Shown: positions 9,088 through 18,885 of the stretch, in pieces
Position numbering within the stretch: the stretch's first letter is position 1
How the letters are laid out: every line of letters starts with the position of its first letter
DNA from: an uncultured Collinsella sp.
Lineage (GTDB): Bacteria; Actinomycetota; Coriobacteriia; Coriobacteriales; Coriobacteriaceae
DNA: 64,000 nt
Assembly (NCBI GenBank): GCA_900544875.1
Contig: UQWS01000007.1
Span: 26,580 to 90,579 of the forward strand
Direction of reading: 5' to 3'
Notes under the pieces: generated by a model
The model's database searches: none
The model's input: the letters and a program-made list of their open reading frames with translations, nothing else
What the model was told of the DNA's origin: nothing
Position numbers and translations under genes: made by a program

Positions 9088-10449
9088 CTACAGAATAAAT
9101 CGAAGGATGTCGGAACGAAGCATATAGACAAACAGCAGCGCAAAGAGCGCGATGCCCACATAGCTCACAATCGTCTGGACCTTGAGCGGAAGCTCGCGTC
9201 CCGCAATCTTTTGAATGATCTCAATTAGCAGCTTGCCGCCGTCGAGCGGCGGGATAGGCAGCAAGTTCATAAAGCCCAGTGAGAACGAAATGAGCGCGGC
9301 AAACGACAAGAACGTGATGGGACCGGCAGCAGCTGCCTGCGAAGACATGACGCTAATACCCACGATCGAAGAGGACTGATCGAGGATCTCCATCGTATGC
9401 TGCGGCTGGAGCAGGCGCATCACGCCCTCCGCTGTCTGCGCAACATACGAAAAGGAGAGGCGCGCCGAGGTGATGGGGTCCAAACGGACTACCTGCGTAG
9501 AGGCATAAACGCCCAGACGTTCGCCCTCTTTGAGTGCGACCGAGGTCGAGCACTGCTTGCCGTCGCGCTCATACTCAATGGCGATATCGTCCTTACCGGC
9601 GGCCTTGCCGATAGCATCGTAGACGTCCATCCAAGTGGAACATGAGACACCGTCGACCGAAAGGATCGCATCACCGGCCTCGATACCCGCCTTGGCGGCA
9701 ATAGACCCCTCGTCAACCTGACCGATCACGTTGGTATCCATCGGCACGGTGACACCCGCAATGGAATAGATGCTCATAAGGAGCAAAAAACCCGTCAGGA
9801 TATTGACGAGAATGCCCGCGAGCAGCATAAAGGCGCGCTTGAGAAAGCCCTGGCCTAGATAAGTGTGCGAGCGCTCTTGCGCCAAGAAATCAGCCTCGCC
9901 GCACGGCAGCTCCCACACATCGCCCTCGGCAGTCGCATGCTCTCGATCGAACCGGCGGCCGTCAAAGGTGGTGTAACCCGCAGCGTCTCGAGGCAGTGTC
10001 TGATACTTGATGGGATAGTAGCTCGGTGAGGGCTTCTCCCCTTCCTCATACCAAGGTGCGATGGAGCCCCAGCCCAGCAACAGAGCACAAGCCTCGAGCA
10101 CATCCTCCTCGGAAAGCTCGAGCTCGACAGCAAGGTCGGCCACGGTCACGCGACCAAGACGGTAGATAGCCGCGAGCACGCGATCGGCGCACGAGACGTC
10201 GGTCGGATCCATACCGCAGATGGCAGCGTAGCCACCCAGCAGCAGCGGGGTCACGCCAAACTTGGTTCCAATGCGACGCGACGTGTAATGGATGTCAAAG
10301 CGGCACGGCAGGCCCAAAAAGAACTCGGTCACACGGACGCCGCAGGCACGAGCCGCCAAAAAGTGGCCGCCCTCGTGCAAAAACACGAGGACGGAAAGCA
10401 TCAGCAGGCCCCAAAAGACCGATGAGAGAACGCTCAGAACAGTATCCAT
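9088..10449 (-). CDS. rseP: Site-2 intramembrane metalloprotease (RseP/RasP) with PDZ domain and unusual insert
   Basis: HEGGH, LGGY, NLLPIPPLDGG; located between dxr and ispG. Confidence 0.93.
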   Translation of the reverse strand: MDTVLSVLSSVFWGLLMLSVLVFLHEGGHFLAARACGVRVTEFFLGLPCRFDIHYTSRRIGTKFGVTPLLLGGYAAICGMDPTDVSCADRVLAAIYRLGRVTVADLAVELELSEEDVLEACALLLGWGSIAPWYEEGEKPSPSYYPIKYQTLPRDAAGYTTFDGRRFDREHATAEGDVWELPCGEADFLAQERSHTYLGQGFLKRAFMLLAGILVNILTGFLLLMSIYSIAGVTVPMDTNVIGQVDEGSIAAKAGIEAGDAILSVDGVSCSTWMDVYDAIGKAAGKDDIAIEYERDGKQCSTSVALKEGERLGVYASTQVVRLDPITSARLSFSYVAQTAEGVMRLLQPQHTMEILDQSSSIVGISVMSSQAAAAGPITFLSFAALISFSLGFMNLLPIPPLDGGKLLIEIIQKIAGRELPLKVQTIVSYVGIALFALLFVYMLRSDILRFIL

Positions 10450-10474
10450 AAAACGAAAAAGCAATCCTTATGGG

Positions 10475-11662
10475 TTAGGAACGGGTTGCGACGAGCACCT
10501 GCGCAGCCTTTTCACGCGCCCACGCATCGATGTCGCGAAGCTGCTCAAACGAATCGACCGCATGCATATCGTGAGCATCCATGCAGGATTCCACAATGCG
10601 ATCGATATCGGTAAAGCTGCAGCCATCGTGCAGGAAGGCATCGACGGCAACCTCGTTGGCGGCATTGAGCACGCACGGCATGGTGCCACCCGTCTTGCCG
10701 GCACGCTCGGCCAGTGCCAGACAGCGGAAGGTATCCATGTCGGCAGCATCAAACGTGAGCTGCCCCAGCTCGCGAAAATCGATACGAGGCGCCGGGGTAT
10801 CCCAACGCTCGGGATACGAGAACGCGAACTGGATGGGAATACGCATGTCGGAAGCACCGAGATGCGCCATCACGGAGCCGTCGGCGAACTCGACCATAGA
10901 GTGAATCTTAGACTGACGCTGCACGACCACGTTAATGAAATCGAGGTCGCAGTTAAACAGATGCATGGCCTCAATGCGCTCCAGACCCTTGTTCATGAGG
11001 GTGGCGGAGTCAATGGTGATCTTGGCACCCATGGCCCACGTGGGATGTGCGAGGGCGTCGACACGCGTCACGCGATCGAGCTCGTCGCGCGTGCGGCCAA
11101 AGAACGGACCGCCCGAGCAGGTAAGCCAAATACAATGAGCCTCACGCGGGTTCTCCCCCAGATAGCACTGGTAGATGGCGGAGTGCTCAGAGTCGACTGG
11201 AATAAGCTGGCCCGGTTGCGCCAACGGCATAAGCAAGTCGCCACCGACGACGAGGGACTCCTTGTTGGCAAGGGCAAGGCGCTTATTCGAGGTCAAGGCC
11301 GCATGGCTCGCCTCGAGACCGGCGGCGCCCACAATAGCGACGAGCACGCAGTCGACATCGTCGCGACGCGCGAGCTCGCAAACCGCCTGCGCACCAACGC
11401 CGAGCTTCGTTCCCTCGGGCAACTCCTGCAGCACGGCGTCATCACCATGAGCGACATCGGCCACGGCAACCGCCGGAACCGAGAACTCGCGGGCAGCGGC
11501 AACGAGATCCGAGGTGCTGGAATTAACGGACAGCGCCGTCACCTGTAGTCGATCGGCATGCTGACGGCACACATCGAGTGCCTGGGTGCCGATAGAGCCC
11601 GTACAACCCAGGATGGCAACACGGAGGCGTCCATCGGGGCCATACGTCGTCTGGAATGACAT
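10475..11662 (-). CDS. dxr: 1-deoxy-D-xylulose 5-phosphate reductoisomerase
   Basis: LGCTGSIG, LANKESLV, PVDSEHSA, HPTWAMGAKIT. Confidence 0.98.
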   Translation of the reverse strand: MSFQTTYGPDGRLRVAILGCTGSIGTQALDVCRQHADRLQVTALSVNSSTSDLVAAAREFSVPAVAVADVAHGDDAVLQELPEGTKLGVGAQAVCELARRDDVDCVLVAIVGAAGLEASHAALTSNKRLALANKESLVVGGDLLMPLAQPGQLIPVDSEHSAIYQCYLGENPREAHCIWLTCSGGPFFGRTRDELDRVTRVDALAHPTWAMGAKITIDSATLMNKGLERIEAMHLFNCDLDFINVVVQRQSKIHSMVEFADGSVMAHLGASDMRIPIQFAFSYPERWDTPAPRIDFRELGQLTFDAADMDTFRCLALAERAGKTGGTMPCVLNAANEVAVDAFLHDGCSFTDIDRIVESCMDAHDMHAVDSFEQLRDIDAWAREKAAQVLVATRS

Positions 11663-12576
11663 TACAGCACGCCTCCGATCATCAAAAGCAGCTGCGCGGT
11701 AATGCAGCCAAAGATAAGCGAGTCGCTACGGTCGAGCATGCCGCCATGGCCCGGGATAAGGTTGCCGGAATCCTTGACGCCCACACCGCGCTTGATGCGT
11801 GACTCGATAAGGTCGCCGATAACGCCTAGGACGGACACGACCACGCCGCACAGCAGCGCATAGGGCAGGCTGAGCTTGTAGAAGTGCGTCGCCCACAGGA
11901 TGAGCCAAATCAAAACCGAGCCCAGGATGCCACCGGCAAACCCCTCCCAGCTTTTTTTGGGAGAGATCTTGGGGACCATCTTGTGCTTGCCGATACGGCT
12001 GCCCACGATGTAGGCAAACGAATCGGAGACCCAAAGGGACGCGCAAACGCCCACCGAAAGCAGGGCGCCGGCAAAACCGGGCACGGCATCGCGCAGCAGC
12101 ACGATAGCCGACAGCATAAAGCCAGTGTAGATTGGACCCATGAGCGTCACGGCCACATCGGAGATGCGGGTACGCGGCGACCAGACATACCAAATGCCCA
12201 CAGCGAGCATCAGGGCAAAAAGCAGGGCATTCAGCAACATCGAATCGCCCAACGCCGACAGCGGAAAGAGTACGGCGGCAGCGATACCCATGCGCTCGTT
12301 AGCCATCTTGCCATCGAGCCTCGTCATACGGAAAAACTCATAGCAGCACAGACCGCTCATGACAGAAACAAAGATGGCCGTGGGCACGATACCCAAAACC
12401 AGGCACAGGATAAAGACAACGGCATAAACGATACCGGCGGCGGCACGGGTAATAAAGCCCGCAAGCCAAGAACCGGTGCCGCTCTTTGCTGCAGGTGCTC
12501 CCGCAGCGGCAGCCTTGCGCGCAGGCGCCGCGGAAACTGGCGTCTTGGGAGCAGATCCCTTGGGACGATCGGACAC
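11662..12576 (-). CDS. cdsA: Phosphatidate cytidylyltransferase
   Basis: ISPKKSWEG, GDLIESRIKR..GVKDSG..IPGHGGMLDR. Confidence 0.96.
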   Translation of the reverse strand: MSDRPKGSAPKTPVSAAPARKAAAAGAPAAKSGTGSWLAGFITRAAAGIVYAVVFILCLVLGIVPTAIFVSVMSGLCCYEFFRMTRLDGKMANERMGIAAAVLFPLSALGDSMLLNALLFALMLAVGIWYVWSPRTRISDVAVTLMGPIYTGFMLSAIVLLRDAVPGFAGALLSVGVCASLWVSDSFAYIVGSRIGKHKMVPKISPKKSWEGFAGGILGSVLIWLILWATHFYKLSLPYALLCGVVVSVLGVIGDLIESRIKRGVGVKDSGNLIPGHGGMLDRSDSLIFGCITAQLLLMIGGVL

Positions 12577-12578
12577 GA

Positions 12579-13373
12579 TTAAGCCTCCTCGGTCTTGCTC
12601 AGTCCGCCAAACCTACGGTCACGGCCCTGATAGGCCAAAATGGCGTCGACAAGGCCCCAACGATCAAAGTCGGGCCAATAGGTATCGGTGACGTAGAACT
12701 CGGAATAAGCCACCTGCCACAGCAGATAGTTCGAAAGGCGCAGCTCACCAGAGGTGCGAATCACAAGCTCGGGATCGGGAAGACCGGCGGTATAGAGGTG
12801 GGAAGCCACCATGTCGTCATCAATCGCGGCAGGATCGATCTTACCGGCGGCAGCGTCGAATGCGATCTGACGGACAGCGCGGGTAATCTCGGCACGCGCG
12901 CCGTAGTTGACGGCAAGCGCCAGCGTCATACCAGTGTGATCGGCGCACTCGGCAAGACCGCGTTCAAAAACGTCACGGGTCTTCTTGGGCAGCGCGGAAA
13001 TGTCACCCAAAAAGACGACGCGCACGTTTTCGCGCTTCAGAAGCGGCAGCTCGTCGATAAACGTCTTGGCAAACAGATGCATCAAGACGTTGACCTCATG
13101 CTGCGGGCGGTTCCAGTTTTCGGTAGAAAACGCATAGGCAGAAAGCACGTCGACGCCCAAACGCACGCAGGCAGTAATGATCTCGCGAAAGGAGACGATA
13201 CCCGCCTTGTGGCCCTCAGTGCGTGCAAGACCGCGCGACGTGGCCCAACGACCGTTGCCGTCCATGATGCACGAGATATGGTGCGGAATGTTATTGAGGT
13301 CAAGGTCGGAAAAACCGACGCCCGTAGGGGCGTCGGCAAAGTACTCGACCAGTTTATGCTCGTCGTATTGCAC
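12579..13373 (-). CDS. uppS: Undecaprenyl diphosphate synthase
   Basis: IMDGNGRWA, AFSTENWNRP, IRTSGELRLSNYLLWQ. Confidence 0.97.
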   Translation of the reverse strand: MQYDEHKLVEYFADAPTGVGFSDLDLNNIPHHISCIMDGNGRWATSRGLARTEGHKAGIVSFREIITACVRLGVDVLSAYAFSTENWNRPQHEVNVLMHLFAKTFIDELPLLKRENVRVVFLGDISALPKKTRDVFERGLAECADHTGMTLALAVNYGARAEITRAVRQIAFDAAAGKIDPAAIDDDMVASHLYTAGLPDPELVIRTSGELRLSNYLLWQVAYSEFYVTDTYWPDFDRWGLVDAILAYQGRDRRFGGLSKTEEA

Positions 13374-13374
13374 C

Positions 13375-13911
13375 TTAGATCTCCATGACCTCGGCTTCTT
13401 TTTCCTTCAGAAGCTCCTCGACCTTGGCGACATACTCATCGGTGTGCTTCTGGACCTTGGCCTGCTCGCGACGGACATCGTCCTCGGTGAGCTCCTCATC
13501 GCGCTCGAGCTTGTTGTTGAAGTCGCGACGGATGTTACGGATAGACACCTTGGCCTGCTCAGCGTACTCGCGGCACTCCTTGACGAGCTCGCGACGGCGC
13601 TCCTCGGTGGGAGCCGGGAACGGCAGACGCACGACGGTGCCATCGGAGTTGGGGGTAATACCCAGATCGGAAGCGCCGATGGCCTTGACGATAGCGTTGA
13701 TGAGTGCCTTGTCCCACGGCTCGATGAGCAGCATGTGGGCCTCGGGGGTCTTGACGGCGGCAACCTGCGTGACCGGCGTGGGGACACCGTAATAATCGAC
13801 GGTGATGTCGGACAGAATGTTGGCGTTGGCACGACCGGTACGGACCTTGGAGAAGTTATGCTTGAGGGACTCGAGCGACTTGTCCATATGGGCGGTGATG
13901 TTCTCTGCCAT
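13375..13911 (-). CDS. frr: Ribosome recycling factor
   Basis: RTGRAN, VDYYG, TEERRRELVK, IRNIRR. Confidence 0.97.
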   Translation of the reverse strand: MAENITAHMDKSLESLKHNFSKVRTGRANANILSDITVDYYGVPTPVTQVAAVKTPEAHMLLIEPWDKALINAIVKAIGASDLGITPNSDGTVVRLPFPAPTEERRRELVKECREYAEQAKVSIRNIRRDFNNKLERDEELTEDDVRREQAKVQKHTDEYVAKVEELLKEKEAEVMEI

Positions 13912-13913
13912 GC

Positions 13914-14636
13914 TTAATCCTCCTGATAGACGAGCGTGCCGACGGGCTCACCCGCGAGCGCGCGCTTGACGGTGTCCTCGCCATCGATGTTGAGGACCAA
14001 AATCGGCATACGGTTATCCTGGCACAGTGCCGTAGCCGTGGAATCCATAACCTGCAGACCGCGGACGAGAACCTCGTGATAGGTAATCTTGTCAAAACGG
14101 ACGGCATCGGCGCACTTGACGGGATCCTTGTCGTAGATGCCGTCAACCTTGGTGGCTTTAATCAGAATCTCGGCGCCGATCTCGCACGCACGAAGAGCCG
14201 CGGCGGTGTCGGTCGTAAAGTACGGATTGCCCGAACCGGCAGCGAAGATGACGACGTTGCCCTTGGACAGATGGTTGATAGCGCGGCGACGAATATAGGG
14301 CTCGCAGATCTCGTTCATCTGGATAGCGCTCATCACGCGGCAGGGAACATCGTTGTGCTCGAAGGCATCCTGCAGGGCGAGCGCGTTCATAACGGTTGCC
14401 AGCATGCCCATGTAGTCGGCCTGAGCACGCTCCATGCCACCGGCAGCGCCTGCCATGCCGCGGAAAATATTGCCGCCGCCGACAACGACGCCGACCTCGT
14501 GGCCAACGGCGAGCAGCTCCTTGACCTGCTTGGCAAGATGGTCGGTAACCTTGGGGTCAATGCCATATTGGCCGTCGCCCATCAGTGCTTCGCCGGAAAG
14601 CTTAAGAAGCACGCGTTTATATCGGATGTCGGACAA
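13914..14636 (-). CDS. pyrH: UMP kinase
   Basis: [32 protein letters not shown]. Confidence 0.98.
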   Translation of the reverse strand: MSDIRYKRVLLKLSGEALMGDGQYGIDPKVTDHLAKQVKELLAVGHEVGVVVGGGNIFRGMAGAAGGMERAQADYMGMLATVMNALALQDAFEHNDVPCRVMSAIQMNEICEPYIRRRAINHLSKGNVVIFAAGSGNPYFTTDTAAALRACEIGAEILIKATKVDGIYDKDPVKCADAVRFDKITYHEVLVRGLQVMDSTATALCQDNRMPILVLNIDGEDTVKRALAGEPVGTLVYQED

Positions 14637-14695
14637 AGCGATCCTCCTTTAATTAGACTCTCAATATGATATCAAAGGCTTAACGGGGAGCCATG

Positions 14696-14730
14696 AAAAA
14701 GCAGGCTGTGAGTAAAACCCACAGCCTGCT
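14696..14730 (-). terminator. Intrinsic terminator after tsf
   Basis: agcaggctgtg/cacagcctgct stem plus T-run on minus strand. Confidence 0.85.
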
Positions 14731-14753
14731 CATTACCAGCTACAAGAGCTTAT

Positions 14754-15623
14754 TTACTCGCCACGGACCAGACGGTCGAAGGCAACGACGGTAATGGTGT
14801 CGCCAAGCTCCTTGGAGACCTGCTCAGCGTACTTCTTGATGGTGAGGGAGCTGTCCTTGATGAACTCCTGCTCGGTGAGCACGGACTGCTTGTAGAACTT
14901 CTCCAGACGGCCGACAGCCATCTTCTCCTGGATAGCCTCGGGCTTGCCGGACTCGGCAGCCTGAGCCATGTAGATCTGCTTCTCGTGCTCGACGGTCTCG
15001 GCCGGAACCTGATCGCGGGTAGCGCAGATCGGGGCGACGGCGGCAACCTGAAGGGCAACGTCGTGAGCGAAGGTCTTGAAGGACTCAGCCTGAGCAGTCT
15101 CGGCCTTCTCGAAAGCAAACTCGACGAGGACGCCGATCTTACCACCCATGTGGATGTAAGAAGCGAGCGCGCCGTTCTCGGCCTTGCGGGCGGCGAAGCG
15201 GGAAATCTTCATGTTCTCGCCCATGATGTGAATCATCTCGGTGAGCTCGGAGGAAACGGTCTCCTCGCCCATCGGCTTCTCGAGCAGAGCGTCGACGTCA
15301 GCAGGCTCGGTGGTAGCGACAACCTCAGCGACCTTAGAAGCAAAGCCGGTGAACTTGGCGTTGGAGCCAACGAAGTCGGTCTCGCAGGAGAGCTCGAGCA
15401 GAGCGCCGGTCTTGCCATCCTCGGAGACGAACGCGGCTACAGCGCCCTCGTTGGTCTCGCGGCCAGCCTTCTTGGCAGCCTTGGCAAGGCCGTTCTTACG
15501 CAGAACGTCGACAGCGGCGTCCATGTCGCCGTCAGCCTCGACGAGAGCCTTCTTGCACTCCATCATCGGAGAGTCGGTCATCTCGCGGAGCTGCTTGACC
15601 ATAGCGGCGGTAATCTGGGCCAT
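14754..15623 (-). CDS. tsf: Elongation factor Ts
   Basis: VKQLREMT..MMECKKAL, CETDFV. Confidence 0.98.
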   Translation of the reverse strand: MAQITAAMVKQLREMTDSPMMECKKALVEADGDMDAAVDVLRKNGLAKAAKKAGRETNEGAVAAFVSEDGKTGALLELSCETDFVGSNAKFTGFASKVAEVVATTEPADVDALLEKPMGEETVSSELTEMIHIMGENMKISRFAARKAENGALASYIHMGGKIGVLVEFAFEKAETAQAESFKTFAHDVALQVAAVAPICATRDQVPAETVEHEKQIYMAQAAESGKPEAIQEKMAVGRLEKFYKQSVLTEQEFIKDSSLTIKKYAEQVSKELGDTITVVAFDRLVRGE

Positions 15624-15668
15624 TGTGGTTCCTTTCAAAGAGATGAAAAAGAATTAACTAAGACTGAT

Positions 15669-16397
15669 TTACTCGGCCTTGGGCTCAGCGGCCATCTCGG
15701 CCTCGGAGACCTGCTCCTTGCCGGAGCCAGCGAGGCAGGCGTCAGCCATGAGCTCGCACATAAGGGTGACAGCAGAGATAGCGTCATCGTTGCAGGGGAT
15801 GCCGTACTCGACCTCGTCGGGATCGGAGTTGGTGTCGATCAGAGCGACGACGGGGATGTTCAGGCGCTGAGCCTCCTTGATGGCGTTCTCCTCGCGCTTG
15901 GTGTCGATGACGAAGAGAGCCTGGGGCAGACCCTTCATGTCGCGGGCGCCACCGAGGTTGGTCTGGAGCTTGGTGAGCTCCTTGCCGAGCACAGCCTGCT
16001 CCTTCTTGGGGAGCACTGCCATGCGGCCGTCCTCGACCATGGCCTCGAGCTCCTCCATGCGGTTGATGCGGGAGCGGATGGTGACGAAGTTGGTCAACAT
16101 ACCACCGAGCCAACGCTGGTTGATGTAGGGCATATTGGCGCGCTCAGCAGCGTTCTTGACGGCCTCCTGAGCCTGCTTCTTGGTGCCGACGAACAGCACG
16201 TTGCCACCCTTGGCGACGTTCTTGACGAAGGTGTAGGCCTGGTCGGCGTCGAGGATGGTCTGCTTGAGGTCGAGGATGTAGATGCCGTTGCGCTCACCGA
16301 AGATGAACGGCTTCATCTTGGGGTTCCAGCGACGGGTCTGGTGACCAAAGTGGCAGCCGGCCTCGAGCAGGGTGCGGATATTAATCTTGGTAGCCAT
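15669..16397 (-). CDS. rpsB: 30S ribosomal protein S2
   Basis: [29 protein letters not shown]. Confidence 0.99.
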   Translation of the reverse strand: MATKINIRTLLEAGCHFGHQTRRWNPKMKPFIFGERNGIYILDLKQTILDADQAYTFVKNVAKGGNVLFVGTKKQAQEAVKNAAERANMPYINQRWLGGMLTNFVTIRSRINRMEELEAMVEDGRMAVLPKKEQAVLGKELTKLQTNLGGARDMKGLPQALFVIDTKREENAIKEAQRLNIPVVALIDTNSDPDEVEYGIPCNDDAISAVTLMCELMADACLAGSGKEQVSEAEMAAEPKAE

Positions 16398-16507
16398 GTT
16401 AAACCTCCTGTGGTTTGCCTCCGCGCGGGGTCATCCTCCAAAACCAACCCGGACATGTGCTACCAAAGCCCGGGCACCACGGTATGAAGTAGCCGCGCGT
16501 GCGTGAT
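16398..16507 (-). ncRNA. rpsB leader RNA (t44 / S2-autoregulatory-type element)
   Basis: CACGCACGCGCGG...GGTGC...GATGA.CCCGCGCGGAGG..AAACCACAGGAGG pattern resembling known rpsB leaders; extended -10 TGCTATCAT at 16539-16547. Confidence 0.7.
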
Positions 16508-16616
16508 AAATACCTGTTGCCGTGAAGCAACCCGATGAATGATAGCAGGAATGCATCTTCGTGCCAACCCGCAATCAAAACCACACACCTGATTGCGGCA
16601 CGGGACGTCCCAGCCA

Positions 16617-17537
16617 CTATTCGCCGCGGGGATGGGCTTGAGCCACGGCCCGCTTAAGCCGATCGGGCGTGAGGTGCGTGTAGATCTGCGTCGTGGACAG
16701 GCTCGCATGACCCAGCAGCTCTTGAACCGAGCGCAGGTCCGCACCGCCCTCGAGCAAGTCGGTCGCAAAGGTATGGCGCATCGCATGCGGGGCGATGTCG
16801 GCCGGAATGCCGGCGAGCGTCGCCAGCGTATGGAACCGCCGCCTGAGCATGGCGGCACTCATGCGATTACCGCGCGCCGATATAAGCAGCGGATGCGGCC
16901 CGGTAGCGGGGTCACGACGCTTTGCCTGAGCGAGCAACTCCGGCCGCCCCTCCTCAATATAGAGACGCGTCGCCTCGAGCGCACGACGATACAGAGGGAC
17001 GATACGTTCTTTGCTCCCCTTGCCCCACAGGCGCAGCGTGCGTTCGGACCACGCAATGGACTCCACATTGAGTGCTGCGAGCTCAGAGATACGGGCGCCC
17101 GAGGCATAGAGCAGCTCGAGCATCGCCGCATCGCGCAGTCCCGCGGGTGTTGAGGTATCAGGCGTCTTGAGCAGCGCCTCCACCTGTTGGATCGTCAGCA
17201 CACCGGGTAGATCACGCGGGAGCTTGGGCGATGCGATCGCCGAGACCACATCGCCCTCGACAATCCCCTCGGCAGCCATCCAGCGATAGAGAGAGCGAAT
17301 GGCAGACAGGTGCGCCGCAAGGGTCCGAGCCGCCACCTGGCCACGCGACAGCTCGGCCAAATAGGAGCGAACGGTCCGCACGTCGGCGGCGCGAGCGTCG
17401 ATGCCCTCGCGGTCGCACCACGCGGCGAAGCGCTCGAGCCGCGAGGCGTAGGCGGTTACCGTATTGGGGGCGAGTCCTTCGACGCGTGCAATGTAGGCAA
17501 TGAACGAGTCGACGGCATCATACAGGTCAAAGGCTAT
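16617..17537 (-). CDS. xerC: Tyrosine recombinase XerC-like
   Basis: LYASGARISEL, GKGSKER, HAMRHTFAT, LLGHASLSTTQIYTH; N-terminal domain continues in frame to an ATA codon at 17537. Confidence 0.9.
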   Translation of the reverse strand: MAFDLYDAVDSFIAYIARVEGLAPNTVTAYASRLERFAAWCDREGIDARAADVRTVRSYLAELSRGQVAARTLAAHLSAIRSLYRWMAAEGIVEGDVVSAIASPKLPRDLPGVLTIQQVEALLKTPDTSTPAGLRDAAMLELLYASGARISELAALNVESIAWSERTLRLWGKGSKERIVPLYRRALEATRLYIEEGRPELLAQAKRRDPATGPHPLLISARGNRMSAAMLRRRFHTLATLAGIPADIAPHAMRHTFATDLLEGGADLRSVQELLGHASLSTTQIYTHLTPDRLKRAVAQAHPRGE

Positions 17538-18871
17538 GACCTCTCGCCTCCAAACAGATCGGAGCGCGATTCCAGATAGGCATCCAGGGCCTTGAGGGCG
17601 CGATCCGCGTAGGCCTGGTAGCGGTCGCGCTTGCTGCGGCGCTTACCATCCTCGAGTGGCGGCACCAGGCCAAAGTTGACATGCATAGGCTGATAGCCCA
17701 CGGTGGCAGGATCGGTCGCATAGCCCACGAGCGCACCCAGGGCGCCCACACGCGGCAACTCGACGCCCGCGACACCGATAGCCTCGGCATAGGTATTGAG
17801 CGCCGCGAGCAGACCGGTCGCCACGGCTTCCATGTACCCCTCGGTGCCGGTGATCTGACCGGCCAGGCGCACGCCGGTACCGGGCACGGCAAAGGTGCCA
17901 TCGAGCACGTGCGGGGCGTCGACAAAGGTATTGCGGTGCATGACACCGTAGCGGAAGAACTCAGCGTTCTCCAGGCCCGGCACCATATGGAAGACGCGCT
18001 TCTGCTCGCCAAAGGTCAGGTTTGTCTGGAAGCCCACCAGGTTATAGGCGGTCTTCTCCTTGTTCTCGGCACGCAGCTGAATCGCCGCCCAGGGGCGACG
18101 TCCGGTACGCGGGTCGGTGAGGCCGACGGGCTTCATGGCGCCAAAGCGAATGGCGTCCTTGCCGGTGCGTGCGACCTCCTCGGCAGGCTGGCAGGCCTGG
18201 AACAGATCGCCGCCCTCAAAGTCCTTAAGCACCACGCGGTCGGCCGTGGTAAGCGCCTCGATAAAGGCCTCGTACTCCTCCTTGTTGAGCGGGGCGTTGA
18301 GATAGTCGCCGCTCCCCTGCTCCTCGTAGCGCGACTGCGAGAACAGCACGTCCATATCGAGCGTGGAGGCATCGACGATCGGAGCCGCGGCATCGAAGAA
18401 CGCAAGAGCGTCGCCACCGACGAGCTTCATGACCTCTTCGCTCAGCGCCGGCGAACACAGCGGGCCGGCGGCAATGACCACGTGACCCTCGGGAATCTGC
18501 GTGACCTCGCCGTGAATGATCTCGATATTGGGTCGGGCGGCAACCTCGGCCTCGACAAGCTCGGAAAACTTGACGCGGTCGACCGCCAGGGCACCGCCGG
18601 CGGGAACAGCCGCGCGATGGGCGCAATCGAGCAGGACTGAACCCATGCGCTCAAGCTCGGCCTTCAGCAAACCAGCCGCGGAATCCGGACGGGTCGACTT
18701 AAACGAATTGGAGCAGACGAGCTCTGCCAAGTGATCGGTATGGTGAGCCGGGGAGCTAACCTGGGGGCGCATCTCGCACAGCTTAACGGCAAAACCGCGG
18801 TCTGCCAGCTGGATCGCGCATTCCGAACCCGCCAGACCGCCACCGATAACCGTCACCTGATCAAACAGCAT
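17534..18871 (-). CDS. trmFO: Folate/FAD-dependent tRNA m5U54 methyltransferase
   Basis: GGGLAGSE, AELVCSNS, VGFQTNL, RYGVMHRNT, GQITGTEGY. Confidence 0.97.
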   Translation of the reverse strand: MLFDQVTVIGGGLAGSECAIQLADRGFAVKLCEMRPQVSSPAHHTDHLAELVCSNSFKSTRPDSAAGLLKAELERMGSVLLDCAHRAAVPAGGALAVDRVKFSELVEAEVAARPNIEIIHGEVTQIPEGHVVIAAGPLCSPALSEEVMKLVGGDALAFFDAAAPIVDASTLDMDVLFSQSRYEEQGSGDYLNAPLNKEEYEAFIEALTTADRVVLKDFEGGDLFQACQPAEEVARTGKDAIRFGAMKPVGLTDPRTGRRPWAAIQLRAENKEKTAYNLVGFQTNLTFGEQKRVFHMVPGLENAEFFRYGVMHRNTFVDAPHVLDGTFAVPGTGVRLAGQITGTEGYMEAVATGLLAALNTYAEAIGVAGVELPRVGALGALVGYATDPATVGYQPMHVNFGLVPPLEDGKRRSKRDRYQAYADRALKALDAYLESRSDLFGGERS

Positions 18872-18885
18872 CTGCAAACACCTTT

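Noticed and set aside
16617..17537. Tyrosine recombinase as a prophage/ICE integrase
   Set aside because: Xer length, housekeeping trmFO context, no cargo or att sites
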